Shown: in pieces, positions 28,424-37,807 of the stretch
How positions within the stretch are numbered: the stretch's first letter is position 1
Layout: every line of letters begins with the position of its first letter
DNA from: an uncultured Bifidobacterium sp.
GTDB lineage: Bacteria > Actinomycetota > Actinomycetes > Nanopelagicales > Nanopelagicaceae
Assembly (NCBI GenBank): GCA_964465545.1
Contig: CAYXIS010000001.1
Coordinates: 1-53,089, forward strand
Length of the DNA: 53,089 nt
Direction: 5' to 3'
The notes under the pieces: model-generated
Database searches by the model: none
The model's input: the letters and a program-made list of their open reading frames with translations, nothing else
Told to the model about the DNA's origin: nothing
Program-made: the position numbers and the translations under genes

Positions 28424-28682
28424 TCCGTTACCTTCCTAGTGCGTAGATACGAACAATGAATGTGTCGAATCGTGGACGCTGGGGCACATACTCGCATTCG
28501 ACTTCGCCGCAGTTATTGAACTCACCTTCCACGGATGGGTTCAATGACTTTGGTCTGTTGGAAAGGTAGGTCACGCAATCACCTCTCGTCAAGGGTTTCA
28601 CTCCAGTGTCTACAACTATTCAGCGTTTGCGAAGACTAGTGCCGCGTTGGTTTCATGAGGGTAATCACCTATCCTTGCGAAA

Positions 28683-29708
28683 ATGGTTAGCACTCTTGCA
28701 GATGTAGCTGAGGCCGCAGGCGTTCACCCCGGCACCGCCTCCAAAGCGCTTAACCCTGAGTCCCGACATCTAGTCGCTGCCGACACGGTTAAGCGAGTAT
28801 TGGAGATTGCCGCCAAGTTAAATTACCAACCGAACTCGCTGGCGCGAGGGCTTCGAACCAAACGCTCGTACACCGTCGGTTTCATGGTTCCGGATCTCAT
28901 CAACCCTCTGTTTCCACCGATTGTGCGAGGTGTGGAGGAAATACTTGGACCCGCGGGTTTAAGTGCGCTTATCGTCAACACAGATAACGATCCTAAGAAA
29001 GAGATGCAGCTTTTCGACACGTTAGTGAATCGACGTTGTGATGGATTCATTCTTGCGACCGCTTTCCGAAACGATCCCGTAGTCAAAGAGATCGTAAAAC
29101 GTAAGATTCCCGCGGTACTGGTCAACCGTCTTACGGAGACACAATTGCTGCCCGCCGTTGTGGGAAATGAGGCGGTGGAAGTACGTGAGGCCATCGAACA
29201 TTTGGTCAATTTCGGACATCGACGGATTGCCCATATCGCAGGCCCGCAGAACTTGTCGACGGGATACATCCGTTTACGCGCGTTCAAGAAAGTCATCAGC
29301 GAATTTCAACTCATCGAAACCGATTGCCCGACCGTTGTTTCGACAGGTTACAACGAGAGTGCTGGAACCCAGGCGATCACAAAGCTCCTTGCCGAAGCAG
29401 GTCCAAGACCGACAGCAATATTGGCAGCGAATGATCAGTTGGCCATCGGCATCATTGATGGTCTCAAGGACGCAGGGCTGAGTTGCCCCCGGGACATATC
29501 GGTTATTGGTTTCAATGACATACCAATGATGGACCGTGTGCACCCGTCTCTCACAACTTTTGCCCTTCCCAAGCACAGAATGGGCGTAGAGGCGGCCGAA
29601 ATCTTGCGTGCATGGATTGAAAGCGGGACGGCGCCGGAGCCCACGATTGTTTACCTTCCATGCCCCCTGGTGATACGCGAATCAACGGGGCCGGCGCCCA
29701 CTTCCTGA
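28683..29708 (+). CDS. LacI-family transcriptional regulator
   Basis: N-terminal HTH LADVAEAAGVHPGTASKALN followed by a periplasmic-binding-protein-like core. Divergent from the ABC operon. Confidence 0.9.
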   Translation: MVSTLADVAEAAGVHPGTASKALNPESRHLVAADTVKRVLEIAAKLNYQPNSLARGLRTKRSYTVGFMVPDLINPLFPPIVRGVEEILGPAGLSALIVNTDNDPKKEMQLFDTLVNRRCDGFILATAFRNDPVVKEIVKRKIPAVLVNRLTETQLLPAVVGNEAVEVREAIEHLVNFGHRRIAHIAGPQNLSTGYIRLRAFKKVISEFQLIETDCPTVVSTGYNESAGTQAITKLLAEAGPRPTAILAANDQLAIGIIDGLKDAGLSCPRDISVIGFNDIPMMDRVHPSLTTFALPKHRMGVEAAEILRAWIESGTAPEPTIVYLPCPLVIRESTGPAPTS

Positions 29709-30617
29709 CCGCTCGCTGTTGGCAAGCACTCCGATGTAGGTCATGAATATTCCTGTAAATAAATACGCACCTACGTGAACGCCCTTTGAAGGCAGAAAAA
29801 TATCTAAAAGTAGCGAACCCACCAACTGCCCGCCGACGCTAAAGAGGGTAAAGGTCAACACCCCCAGGTGTTGAACAACAGTCGATGCGAAGGCTATATA
29901 AATGACGCCTGTCACTCCACCGAGATACATCCACCACGGATTCCACGTCATCGGATCTAGATGGGAGTGATGAGTGACTATTCCGCCAAAAAACAATATG
30001 AGCAATAATGCTGTGCCCGTGATGAAATTCATCAGCGTCGTCGCGAAACTCTGCCCAGAATGCTCATTAACTTGACCATTCAGAGCACGCTGAACCCCAA
30101 TGATGCCCCCAGAAACTACTCCCAATACGATCGCGATAATGGAGAGGTTCTTTGCGTCCAACCTATCCCAAACCGAAATCACTACAGCCAAAATTGTCAG
30201 AGCAGCCGCACTGATTCTGCGGGCTGAGATGTGCCTTTTTCCGCCGCCAGTGAGTCCAAGTCGATCAACCAACACAGAAATCCCCGTTTGACCGGCAATC
30301 ACAGAGACGGAGTAGATCGCAACGCCAATCAAAGGGACTACATGGGTTTGAATGGCGATGACGACTCCGCCTAACGCTCCTCCGAAGAGTCTCCATCGGG
30401 GAATCGCCCCAGATTAAACCGCGCTAAACAGGGTTCTTAAGCCGCACTTTATACCTTCATGAAAATAGGTAATCACCATCAAAATGACGAGACCCGAACC
30501 GAAAGAGATGCATGCAGCTTGGAGGCTGTTGTGAAGACGAAAAGCCAATTCGCCATTTGCTCGAGATTGCACCGCAATGAAGATTCCTGCAAGAGCGGCC
30601 AATAAATCCAATCGCAT
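29682..30617 (-). pseudogene. DUF606 (YdcZ-type, DMT-like) duplicated-domain membrane transporter interrupted by one in-frame TAA (30414-30416)
   Basis: ORFs 30414-30656 and 29682-30332 are in the same frame. The 81 nt between them read SGAIPRWRLFGGALGGVVIAIQTHVVP, continuing the DUF606 pattern. Confidence 0.7.
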
Positions 30618-30622
30618 TGAGC

Positions 30623-32395
30623 TCAGTCTTCCAGCGCAAGGGTCGTCGCAAGCCACTCTTCTTCAAGTTGGGTCTGATTAGATCTCAGGTCTTCCAGCTC
30701 TTCATCGATCTGAGCCAATTGTTCTGGATCGAAAGCAGCCACTTCCTGATCAACCAATAGAGCCGAAATCTTCTCTGAAACCTTTTCCAGTTGCCTTTCA
30801 AGCCTGACTAGATCCTTCTTCAATTGCCTCTGTGTTGCCGCACTGGAAATCTCCTTTTTTGGAGCCTCATCCTCATTCATCTGGGCAATCATTGCTTCGC
30901 GCTGCTCCAAGTATTGGTCCACTCCACGGGGCAGATCGCGGAGTTGTCCATCACCCAACAATCCAACAAACCGATCACATACGCGTTCAAGGAAATATCG
31001 ATCATGCGAGATCACGAGAATTGTCCCGCTGTAGCTATCGAGCAGATCTTCCAATTCGGTGAGTGTTTCAATATCGAAATCATTTGTCGGCTCATCTAGA
31101 AGAAGTACGTTCGGGCTATCCATGAGCAAACGAGTCAATTGAAGTCGTCGCTTTTCACCGCCAGATAAGTCCCCTACGGGAGTCCATTGGGTCTCTCGGT
31201 CAAAGCCAAGCCTTTCGCATAATTGCGAAGCCGAGAGTTCCTTCCCGCTGCCTAGTTCGACACGGTTGGCGACATCTTCGACAGCTTCGAGAACTCTCCA
31301 TTTTGGATTCAATTCGCTTAGATGCTGCGTTAGAAATGCCGGTTTCACCGTGACACCTTTGACCAACTTCCCCGCGGCCAATTTGTTTTCACCAACCAAG
31401 GTCCGGAGCAAGGTCGTCTTTCCAGCACCGTTAATACCAACAATTCCAATTCGATCTCCTGGTCCAACATTCCAATAGACGTCGTCAAGGAGTTGTCTCT
31501 CTCCGGCACAGATGCGCGCATGATGTAACTCGTAAACCGTGTTGCCAAGTCGGTTTCTTGCGAAACGCAGGAGCTCACTGCCATCTCTGGGAGGCGGCTC
31601 GGAAGCGATGAGTTCATTGGCTGCATCGACGCGAAACTTGGGTTTCGAAGTGCGCGCGGGAGCGCCTCGACGCAGCCATGCCAATTCCTTGCGGATCAAC
31701 ATGTTTCGTCTGCCCTCAAGAACCGAGGCCTGCCGCGAGCGTTCCGCCTTGGAAAGGACGTAGGCAGAGTAGCCGCCGTCATACTCCTCGACCTTCCCGT
31801 CCACCACCTCCCACGTACGATCCGTTACGGCATCTAGAAACCAACGATCATGGGTGATGACAGCGACGGCAAGCTCTTTCCGCTGGTTCAAGTACCGCGA
31901 CAGCCAGGCAACGCCTTCAACATCCAAGTGGTTTGTAGGTTCGTCCAAGAGAAGAAGATCTACGTTGCCGATAAGCAATTTCGCAAGACCGACTCGTCGT
32001 CGTTCGCCGCCTGATAACGCACTGAATTTTCGATCGAAAAACTCATCGGAGTGCCCACCGAAAAGCCCATCAAAGACTTCTCGTATTCCCGGTTCGCGAG
32101 CCCATTCGTGCTTCTCTTTGTCACCAAGGACAACCTCACCCACGGTTGCTGAAGGATCTGCCACATCCACTTGAGACAGCAATCCAACGCGCATGTCATT
32201 GGCGCGAGTCACGCGGCCTTTGTCTGGTGGCTCTACTCCCGCCATTACCCGCAGGAGAGTGCTTTTGCCCGAACCATTGCGACCTACGATGCCAATGCGA
32301 TCACCCTCGGAAATTCCGAGAGATACCTCGTCTAGTAGAGGCCGTATGTCAAAGGCTTTGGAAACTCCTTCGAGATTCACCAAATTGCGCGCCAT
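30623..32395 (-). CDS. ABC-F family ATPase (Uup/EttA-like, two ABC domains plus a C-terminal coiled coil)
   Basis: Two Walker A motifs (GRNGSGKST, GINGAGKTT), two signatures (LSGGERRR, LSGGEKRR) and no TM segments. Confidence 0.9.
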   Translation of the reverse strand: MARNLVNLEGVSKAFDIRPLLDEVSLGISEGDRIGIVGRNGSGKSTLLRVMAGVEPPDKGRVTRANDMRVGLLSQVDVADPSATVGEVVLGDKEKHEWAREPGIREVFDGLFGGHSDEFFDRKFSALSGGERRRVGLAKLLIGNVDLLLLDEPTNHLDVEGVAWLSRYLNQRKELAVAVITHDRWFLDAVTDRTWEVVDGKVEEYDGGYSAYVLSKAERSRQASVLEGRRNMLIRKELAWLRRGAPARTSKPKFRVDAANELIASEPPPRDGSELLRFARNRLGNTVYELHHARICAGERQLLDDVYWNVGPGDRIGIVGINGAGKTTLLRTLVGENKLAAGKLVKGVTVKPAFLTQHLSELNPKWRVLEAVEDVANRVELGSGKELSASQLCERLGFDRETQWTPVGDLSGGEKRRLQLTRLLMDSPNVLLLDEPTNDFDIETLTELEDLLDSYSGTILVISHDRYFLERVCDRFVGLLGDGQLRDLPRGVDQYLEQREAMIAQMNEDEAPKKEISSAATQRQLKKDLVRLERQLEKVSEKISALLVDQEVAAFDPEQLAQIDEELEDLRSNQTQLEEEWLATTLALED

Positions 32396-32437
32396 AAGCG
32401 CAGAGTCTAACTAAGTAAACTCAGAAAAGATTCTCCG

Positions 32438-33730
32438 CTAAAGGGCTCTCCCGACTACGTGATAGCGGATTCCTTCCCATTTTGCTTGGTCGGTGATCCC
32501 ACGGCCATCCAAGAAAGTTTTCACTCCGGGCAACTCTTTCGGAGCAAGGTCACGATATTCAGCATGATCAGCCTGAAGGATTGCGGCGTCAACGGGCTCA
32601 CCGTAGTGATATGCCGAAAATCCATAATGCGCGAGTTCATCATCCGTGTACATCGGATCATGCACGCTCACTAGAGCGCCCAAATCCTTCAATGCTGCGA
32701 CTGTTGGAAAAACGCCCGAAAACGCCGTCTCTTTCACGCTTCCACGGTAGGCAGCCCCAAGGACGACAACTCTTTGGCCCTTCAAATCGCCATGGATCTT
32801 GGCCAACGTGTGTACGACATGTGCAGGCATGGCAGCGTTCGCACTTCTTGCCGCGCTAACAACAGTGGCTGCCGGGTCATTCCACAGATAAAACCTTGGG
32901 TAGATTGGAATGCAATGGCCGCCGACTGCGATCCCAGGACGATGGATGTGTGAGAAAGGCTGTGAATTAGAAGCATCAATTACTTTTTGAACGTCAATTC
33001 CATGTGATTCTGAAAACAGAGCAAATTGATTTGCAAGGGCGATATTCACATCGCGATATGTTGTCTCCGCCAACTTTGCCAACTCTGAAGCCTCTGAACT
33101 TCCAAGATCCCAGACGCCGTTGCCTTGTGGCAAATCCGGACGCTCATCAAAATCAAGAACCTCTTCGTAGAATCTCACCCCGTGCTGCGCGCTTGCCTTG
33201 TTAATTCCTCCGACTAATTTTGGATACTTTCGAAGATCTGCAAAAACTCGACCCGTGAAAACGCGTTCAGGTGAGAAGACCAGATGGAAATCGACGCCAG
33301 CCTTCAGTCCTGAGATCTTCTCCAGGGCCGGGGCGAACCGATTGCGAGTAGTGCCAACTGGCAATGTGGTTTCATATGACACAAGTGTCCCAGGTTTAAG
33401 GCCTTTGCCGATGGACTCGGTTGCCGCGTCCATCCAACCAAAATCGGGGACGCCTTCATCGTCGACAAACAACGGAACAACAACTACGACAGCATCGCTT
33501 TGAGCCACCGCCGATGTCGTATCGACGGTCGCACGGAGGGCACCGCTCTTGACAACCTCTGCTAAGTATTCGCCTAAATGCGCCTCGCCTGGAAACGGCT
33601 CCACTCCCGAGTTAACAAGTTCGACCGTCTTCTCAACGATGTCCGCACCAATCACCGAATGTCCCTTGCGAGCAAACTGGACGGCAAGAGGCAAGCCAAT
33701 CTTCCCCAGTGCGACAACGGTAATCTTCAT
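32438..33730 (-). CDS. nucleotide-sugar 6-dehydrogenase (WbpA/WecC-like)
   Basis: VVALGKIGLPLA Rossmann motif and catalytic GGHCIP. Start at MKITVV (ATG 33730). Confidence 0.85.
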   Translation of the reverse strand: MKITVVALGKIGLPLAVQFARKGHSVIGADIVEKTVELVNSGVEPFPGEAHLGEYLAEVVKSGALRATVDTTSAVAQSDAVVVVVPLFVDDEGVPDFGWMDAATESIGKGLKPGTLVSYETTLPVGTTRNRFAPALEKISGLKAGVDFHLVFSPERVFTGRVFADLRKYPKLVGGINKASAQHGVRFYEEVLDFDERPDLPQGNGVWDLGSSEASELAKLAETTYRDVNIALANQFALFSESHGIDVQKVIDASNSQPFSHIHRPGIAVGGHCIPIYPRFYLWNDPAATVVSAARSANAAMPAHVVHTLAKIHGDLKGQRVVVLGAAYRGSVKETAFSGVFPTVAALKDLGALVSVHDPMYTDDELAHYGFSAYHYGEPVDAAILQADHAEYRDLAPKELPGVKTFLDGRGITDQAKWEGIRYHVVGRAL

Positions 33731-33740
33731 AAATAAGTCC

Positions 33741-35099
33741 TTATCTACTGCCGAATTGTGATGCCAACCGATCATGGGCGGCCACTAGTTTATCGCCTTG
33801 ACGCTCCCATGAATATTCATCAAGCATGGAATCGGTAATGGCACCTGTATACCGAGCTCGCTCCGAGGAGATTTGGACGAAACAGTCGGCAAGCTCATTA
33901 GCCATACCTGCCGTGAAAACAAGCCCATTTCCCTGAAGCAGTACTTCCTCAGCCATTGTCTTCACATCGCTCACGATAATTGGAATTCTTGCATGAAGGT
34001 ATTCGAAGTATTTTGTTACCAGCGATATCTCGTGATTGGGGTGGTGCAAGATCGGTATGACACCGCTGGTTGCATCGGAAGAGAAAGTTGATACATACCA
34101 CTCTGGAACATACGGATGGATGTGGACTCGATCTGCAACGCCAAGCGACTCCGCCCTCGCATGGAGCTTCTTCACGTACGCCGAGTGGGGGTTGACAACC
34201 AAGCCAACATGATGATCTTTGGCTTTCACAAGTGCGTCGATCATCGCATCTATCCCACGCTGTGGTGCGGCGGCGCCGACGTAGATATGAAGAGGGACTT
34301 CGGCCGCAAGACCGATCTTGGTGCGGATGGTCTTCAGTTTGTCATCAACCATTGGTTGAACTCTTCTTGGTGCATTAAGAACAACCGTTGGGCGCTCATC
34401 CAACCCGTAATCGCTTTCTAACATCCCGGCAATCGTCTCGGAGACGGTCATGACTCCATCGACTCGCTTTATTGACGTCCGTTCCAACAAGGTCATGGCA
34501 TCGCGCCACACCGGATGCTTGCGGTGAACCCCTTGTACATACTCGTGCGCATCATAAATAACGGGGGTTGGACGCCGCTTGAAAGCGGCACGTTTCTGAG
34601 CGCGAATGGCCAACCCGAGTGTGTCGCAGTCATTGGCATGGATGACGTCGGGTTCAAGGGCGTCAATTGTCTTCCCAAAAGCCAATTCGCCGTCTCTCAG
34701 AAGTGGCCATGTTGAGTAAAGGAAATTGGGGGAAATCTTCAATAAATACGGGCTAGCCCAGCGCCAAAAAAGCCTGTCAGTCGTGAAGAGTTTGCATCCG
34801 TATCGAACAAATCGCTTCCCCCGCGGGAGGTAACGATTGCTCAAATCGAGTATGCGATTAAATGGAAACATCGGTGTGACACGCTTTGTCGAGTCGGTGT
34901 TCACGATCGGCACCCGAAGAATTTGAAAGCCGTTCAATTCCTCTGACTCTGGAACCGATCCGATACGCCCCGCAAGAAGAGTCACCTTGTAACCCGCCGC
35001 TGCAAGGGTTTCGGCGGATTTCAAAACACGGGAATCTCCAACCGCGTTATTCGTGACGATCGAAAGAATGTGAATCGAAGAGCGTTCTTTGAAATTCAT
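33741..35099 (-). CDS. glycosyltransferase, GT4-like (GT-B fold)
   Basis: The N-terminal block VTNNAVGDSRVLKSAETLAAAGYKV is shared with the two other GTs in the operon. The C-terminus has KYFEYLHARIPIIVSD. Confidence 0.78.
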   Translation of the reverse strand: MNFKERSSIHILSIVTNNAVGDSRVLKSAETLAAAGYKVTLLAGRIGSVPESEELNGFQILRVPIVNTDSTKRVTPMFPFNRILDLSNRYLPRGKRFVRYGCKLFTTDRLFWRWASPYLLKISPNFLYSTWPLLRDGELAFGKTIDALEPDVIHANDCDTLGLAIRAQKRAAFKRRPTPVIYDAHEYVQGVHRKHPVWRDAMTLLERTSIKRVDGVMTVSETIAGMLESDYGLDERPTVVLNAPRRVQPMVDDKLKTIRTKIGLAAEVPLHIYVGAAAPQRGIDAMIDALVKAKDHHVGLVVNPHSAYVKKLHARAESLGVADRVHIHPYVPEWYVSTFSSDATSGVIPILHHPNHEISLVTKYFEYLHARIPIIVSDVKTMAEEVLLQGNGLVFTAGMANELADCFVQISSERARYTGAITDSMLDEYSWERQGDKLVAAHDRLASQFGSR

Positions 35100-35108
35100 A
35101 GCCTGCAA

Positions 35109-36101
35109 TTATCTGGATGTTGGAATGATGACCGTGGAATTGGTGTTTGCGCTCTCAATAATGGACTCCGCGACTACTACCGTTGCAAGACCTTGTTCCA
35201 TGGTCACGATGTCGGATGGTTTCCCAAGAACTGCATCACGGAATTGTTCGTGCTCCATCCGAAGCGGCTCATGCTTAGCGATGGCATAGCGAATGACATC
35301 TCCTTCGCTTACACCACGGAACTGAGCGATCTCATCCCAGCCAGAGGTTACGGTCCCATTCGCGTAGAAAGTTAGATCTGCCGTCAGAGTGTCAGCCACG
35401 AAGGCGCCTTTCTCGCCTGTAAGGATTGTCACGCGCTCTTTCAAGGGACTGAGCCAATTCACAAGGTGGTTTGTCACGGTTCCGTCTTGAAGGGTTCCGA
35501 CAACTGCCACCAAATCCTCATGTACTCTCCCAGTTCGAAGTGCGGTGCGCGCAGACACCGAGGTGTACGGCTGACCGGTGATCCACGAAGTCAGATCAAT
35601 GTCGTGTGTTGCAAGATCCTTGACCACACCGACATCGGCAATGCGTGCAGGGAAGGGATTTTGGCGTCGCGTTGCGACTTGAAAAATAGACCCGATTTGA
35701 TCCAGCCTGCGTCTGGCCTCTTGAAGGGAGGGGTTGTATCGCTCAATGTGTCCGACCGCGCCCACCAGACCAGCGTCGCTAAATGCTTTCGTCAGTTCTT
35801 TTGATGAAGCCGTGTCATGGGAGAGCGGCTTCTCCACCATCGCATGGACGCCTGCGGCAGCCAGTTGCTTGCCGATTTCAAGGTGATAAATGGTCGGCAC
35901 TGCGACCATCGCGTAATCAATACCTAGCTCGATGAGTTCCTGAACAGAGGCAACGACCGTGCGACCCTGTGCCACACCTTGCGCGTCTCCCGCAGGATCG
36001 GAGACACCGATGAAATCCACACCGGGGAGTGAGGCAAGCACTCGTGCATGATGGCGACCCATCATCCCAAGGCCGACAAGGCCAGCTCGCAAATTTGCCA
36101 C
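35109..36101 (-). CDS. Gfo/Idh/MocA-family oxidoreductase (WbpB-like UDP-sugar 3-dehydrogenase)
   Basis: GLVGLGMMGRHH Rossmann motif and the EKP motif VEKPL. Sits next to DegT and LbH genes. Confidence 0.82.
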   Translation of the reverse strand: MANLRAGLVGLGMMGRHHARVLASLPGVDFIGVSDPAGDAQGVAQGRTVVASVQELIELGIDYAMVAVPTIYHLEIGKQLAAAGVHAMVEKPLSHDTASSKELTKAFSDAGLVGAVGHIERYNPSLQEARRRLDQIGSIFQVATRRQNPFPARIADVGVVKDLATHDIDLTSWITGQPYTSVSARTALRTGRVHEDLVAVVGTLQDGTVTNHLVNWLSPLKERVTILTGEKGAFVADTLTADLTFYANGTVTSGWDEIAQFRGVSEGDVIRYAIAKHEPLRMEHEQFRDAVLGKPSDIVTMEQGLATVVVAESIIESANTNSTVIIPTSR

Positions 36102-36104
36102 GCG

Positions 36105-37190
36105 CTAGGCCCCTGCGGAAGCGATTGAGTTGATTACCGAAACTACGGTTTCCAGATCAGCTTTAGAAAGAGCCGGATGCACGGGAATAGAGAGGACTTC
36201 ATTCGCGGCACTTGTTGTGTTTGGCAGATCAAAGGTCAGTCCGAAAGATGGGAGTCGGTGGACGGGAATCGGGTAGTAGACGCCATTTCCCACTCCACGC
36301 TTCGTCATCTCCGCCCCGAATGCATCGCGATCATGCCCAACAACTCGGATGGTGTACTGGTGATAGACATGAACCGCACCGGGTGCCACGTAAGGAACAA
36401 CGACTCCCGTGAGATTCTCATCCAAGAATTTCGCATTTGCCTGCCGTTGCTGCGTCCATTTTGCCAACTTCCGAAGTTGTACACGTCCAATAGCAGCGTG
36501 AATATCGGTCATGCGAGTATTGAATCCGACGATCTCATTCTCATACCGCTTCTCCATGCCCTGGTTGCGGAGCAAGCGCGACTGCCGGGCAATCTCATCG
36601 GAGGCGGTGGTGATCATTCCGCCTTCGCCAGATGTCATGTTCTTGGTCGGGTAGAACGAGAAGACGCCTGCATCACCAAAGGCTCCAGCAGGGGTTCCAT
36701 CAAGAGAGGCCATATGTGCCTGAGCTGCATCTTCGACGACTAGGAGATTATGGCGTCTAGCAATATCCATGATCTCTCTCATTGCTGCCGGCTGACCGTA
36801 GAGATGAACGGGTTGAATTGCCCTTGTTCGAGGTGTGATTGCTGCCTCTATCGCCGCTGGATCAATATTGAATGTTCGAGGGTCGATATCCACAAACACT
36901 GGTGTGGCGCCGGTCAACGCAACCGAGTTGGCTGTGGCGGCAAATGTGAACGAGGGGACGATGACTTCGTCTCCTGCGTCCATGCCAATCGCCTCAAGGA
37001 CCATATGAAGCCCTGAGGTTCCGGAGTTAACGGCGATGCAATGCCGGCCATCGACGATGGCGGAGAATTCTTTCTCGAAAGCAGCGACCTCCGGGCCTTG
37101 CGCCAACATTCCAGATTGCAGAACGCGATCTACAGCCTCGCGCTCTTCTGCGCCTATTAATGGTTTAGCTGCTGGAATCATTGTGCTCAT
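36105..37190 (-). CDS. DegT/DnrJ/EryC1/StrS-family PLP-dependent aminotransferase (WbpE-like)
   Basis: VNSGTSGLH, FSFYPTKNMTSGEGG (PLP lysine region) and LSIPVHP. Confidence 0.9.
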   Translation of the reverse strand: MSTMIPAAKPLIGAEEREAVDRVLQSGMLAQGPEVAAFEKEFSAIVDGRHCIAVNSGTSGLHMVLEAIGMDAGDEVIVPSFTFAATANSVALTGATPVFVDIDPRTFNIDPAAIEAAITPRTRAIQPVHLYGQPAAMREIMDIARRHNLLVVEDAAQAHMASLDGTPAGAFGDAGVFSFYPTKNMTSGEGGMITTASDEIARQSRLLRNQGMEKRYENEIVGFNTRMTDIHAAIGRVQLRKLAKWTQQRQANAKFLDENLTGVVVPYVAPGAVHVYHQYTIRVVGHDRDAFGAEMTKRGVGNGVYYPIPVHRLPSFGLTFDLPNTTSAANEVLSIPVHPALSKADLETVVSVINSIASAGA

Positions 37191-37798
37191 AGATCTACTT
37201 CCGCGAGAGTATTTGCGTCACGTTGGATATAACGGGCGCCGGTTTTCGGACATGTAAATTTGCCTGCGCCATCATCGGTCAATGGTACGCCAGCCTTTCC
37301 AACCCAACGAATTCGCTTGGCAGGTACGCCTGCTACAAGTGCGAATGCGGGCACATTCTTCGTAACTGTAGATCCGGCCGCAACAAGGGCCCAGGCACCA
37401 ATTTCAACAGGAGCGATGCAAACGCTACCCGCCCCTATAGATGCGCCCTCTCGAATTGTCACGCCCGTTGCCTCCCAGTCACTCCCACTTTTCTGAGAGC
37501 CATCGGGATTGACTGCCCGGGGATACTCATCATTTGTCAGAATCACTCCAGGGCCGATGAAGACTCCAGCTTCGAGTATTGCCGGCTCGTAAACCAATGC
37601 GTAGTTCTGAATCTTGCAATTATCTCCGACAAGCACACCGGTTCCAACATATGCGCCTCGCCCGACGATCACGTTCTCTCCGAGAACGCTCTCTTCTCTC
37701 ACCTGTGCGTAGTGCCAGATTGAAGATCCATCACCTATGCGAGCGCTAGTTGCCACATCTGCTGTGGAATGGATTCGCGCGGGGGACCTTGAGAGCAT
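37187..37798 (-). CDS. left-handed beta-helix (hexapeptide) N-acetyltransferase (WbpD-like)
   Basis: Hexapeptide repeats such as IGDGSSIWHYAQV, VIVGRGAYVG, VLVGDNCKIQ and IGAGSV. Confidence 0.85.
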   Translation of the reverse strand: MLSRSPARIHSTADVATSARIGDGSSIWHYAQVREESVLGENVIVGRGAYVGTGVLVGDNCKIQNYALVYEPAILEAGVFIGPGVILTNDEYPRAVNPDGSQKSGSDWEATGVTIREGASIGAGSVCIAPVEIGAWALVAAGSTVTKNVPAFALVAGVPAKRIRWVGKAGVPLTDDGAGKFTCPKTGARYIQRDANTLAEVDL

Positions 37799-37807
37799 GG
37801 AGCAACC

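Noticed and set aside
28424-28682. A LacI-type operator in the divergent promoter region. Candidates were CGTTTGCGAA near 28624-28633, the ATTGAAC-N17-GTTCAAT inverted repeat at about 28514-28544, and AATCACCT occurring twice.
   Set aside because: None forms the 14-20 bp near-perfect palindrome expected for LacI-family operators. I cannot distinguish them from chance without comparative footprinting.
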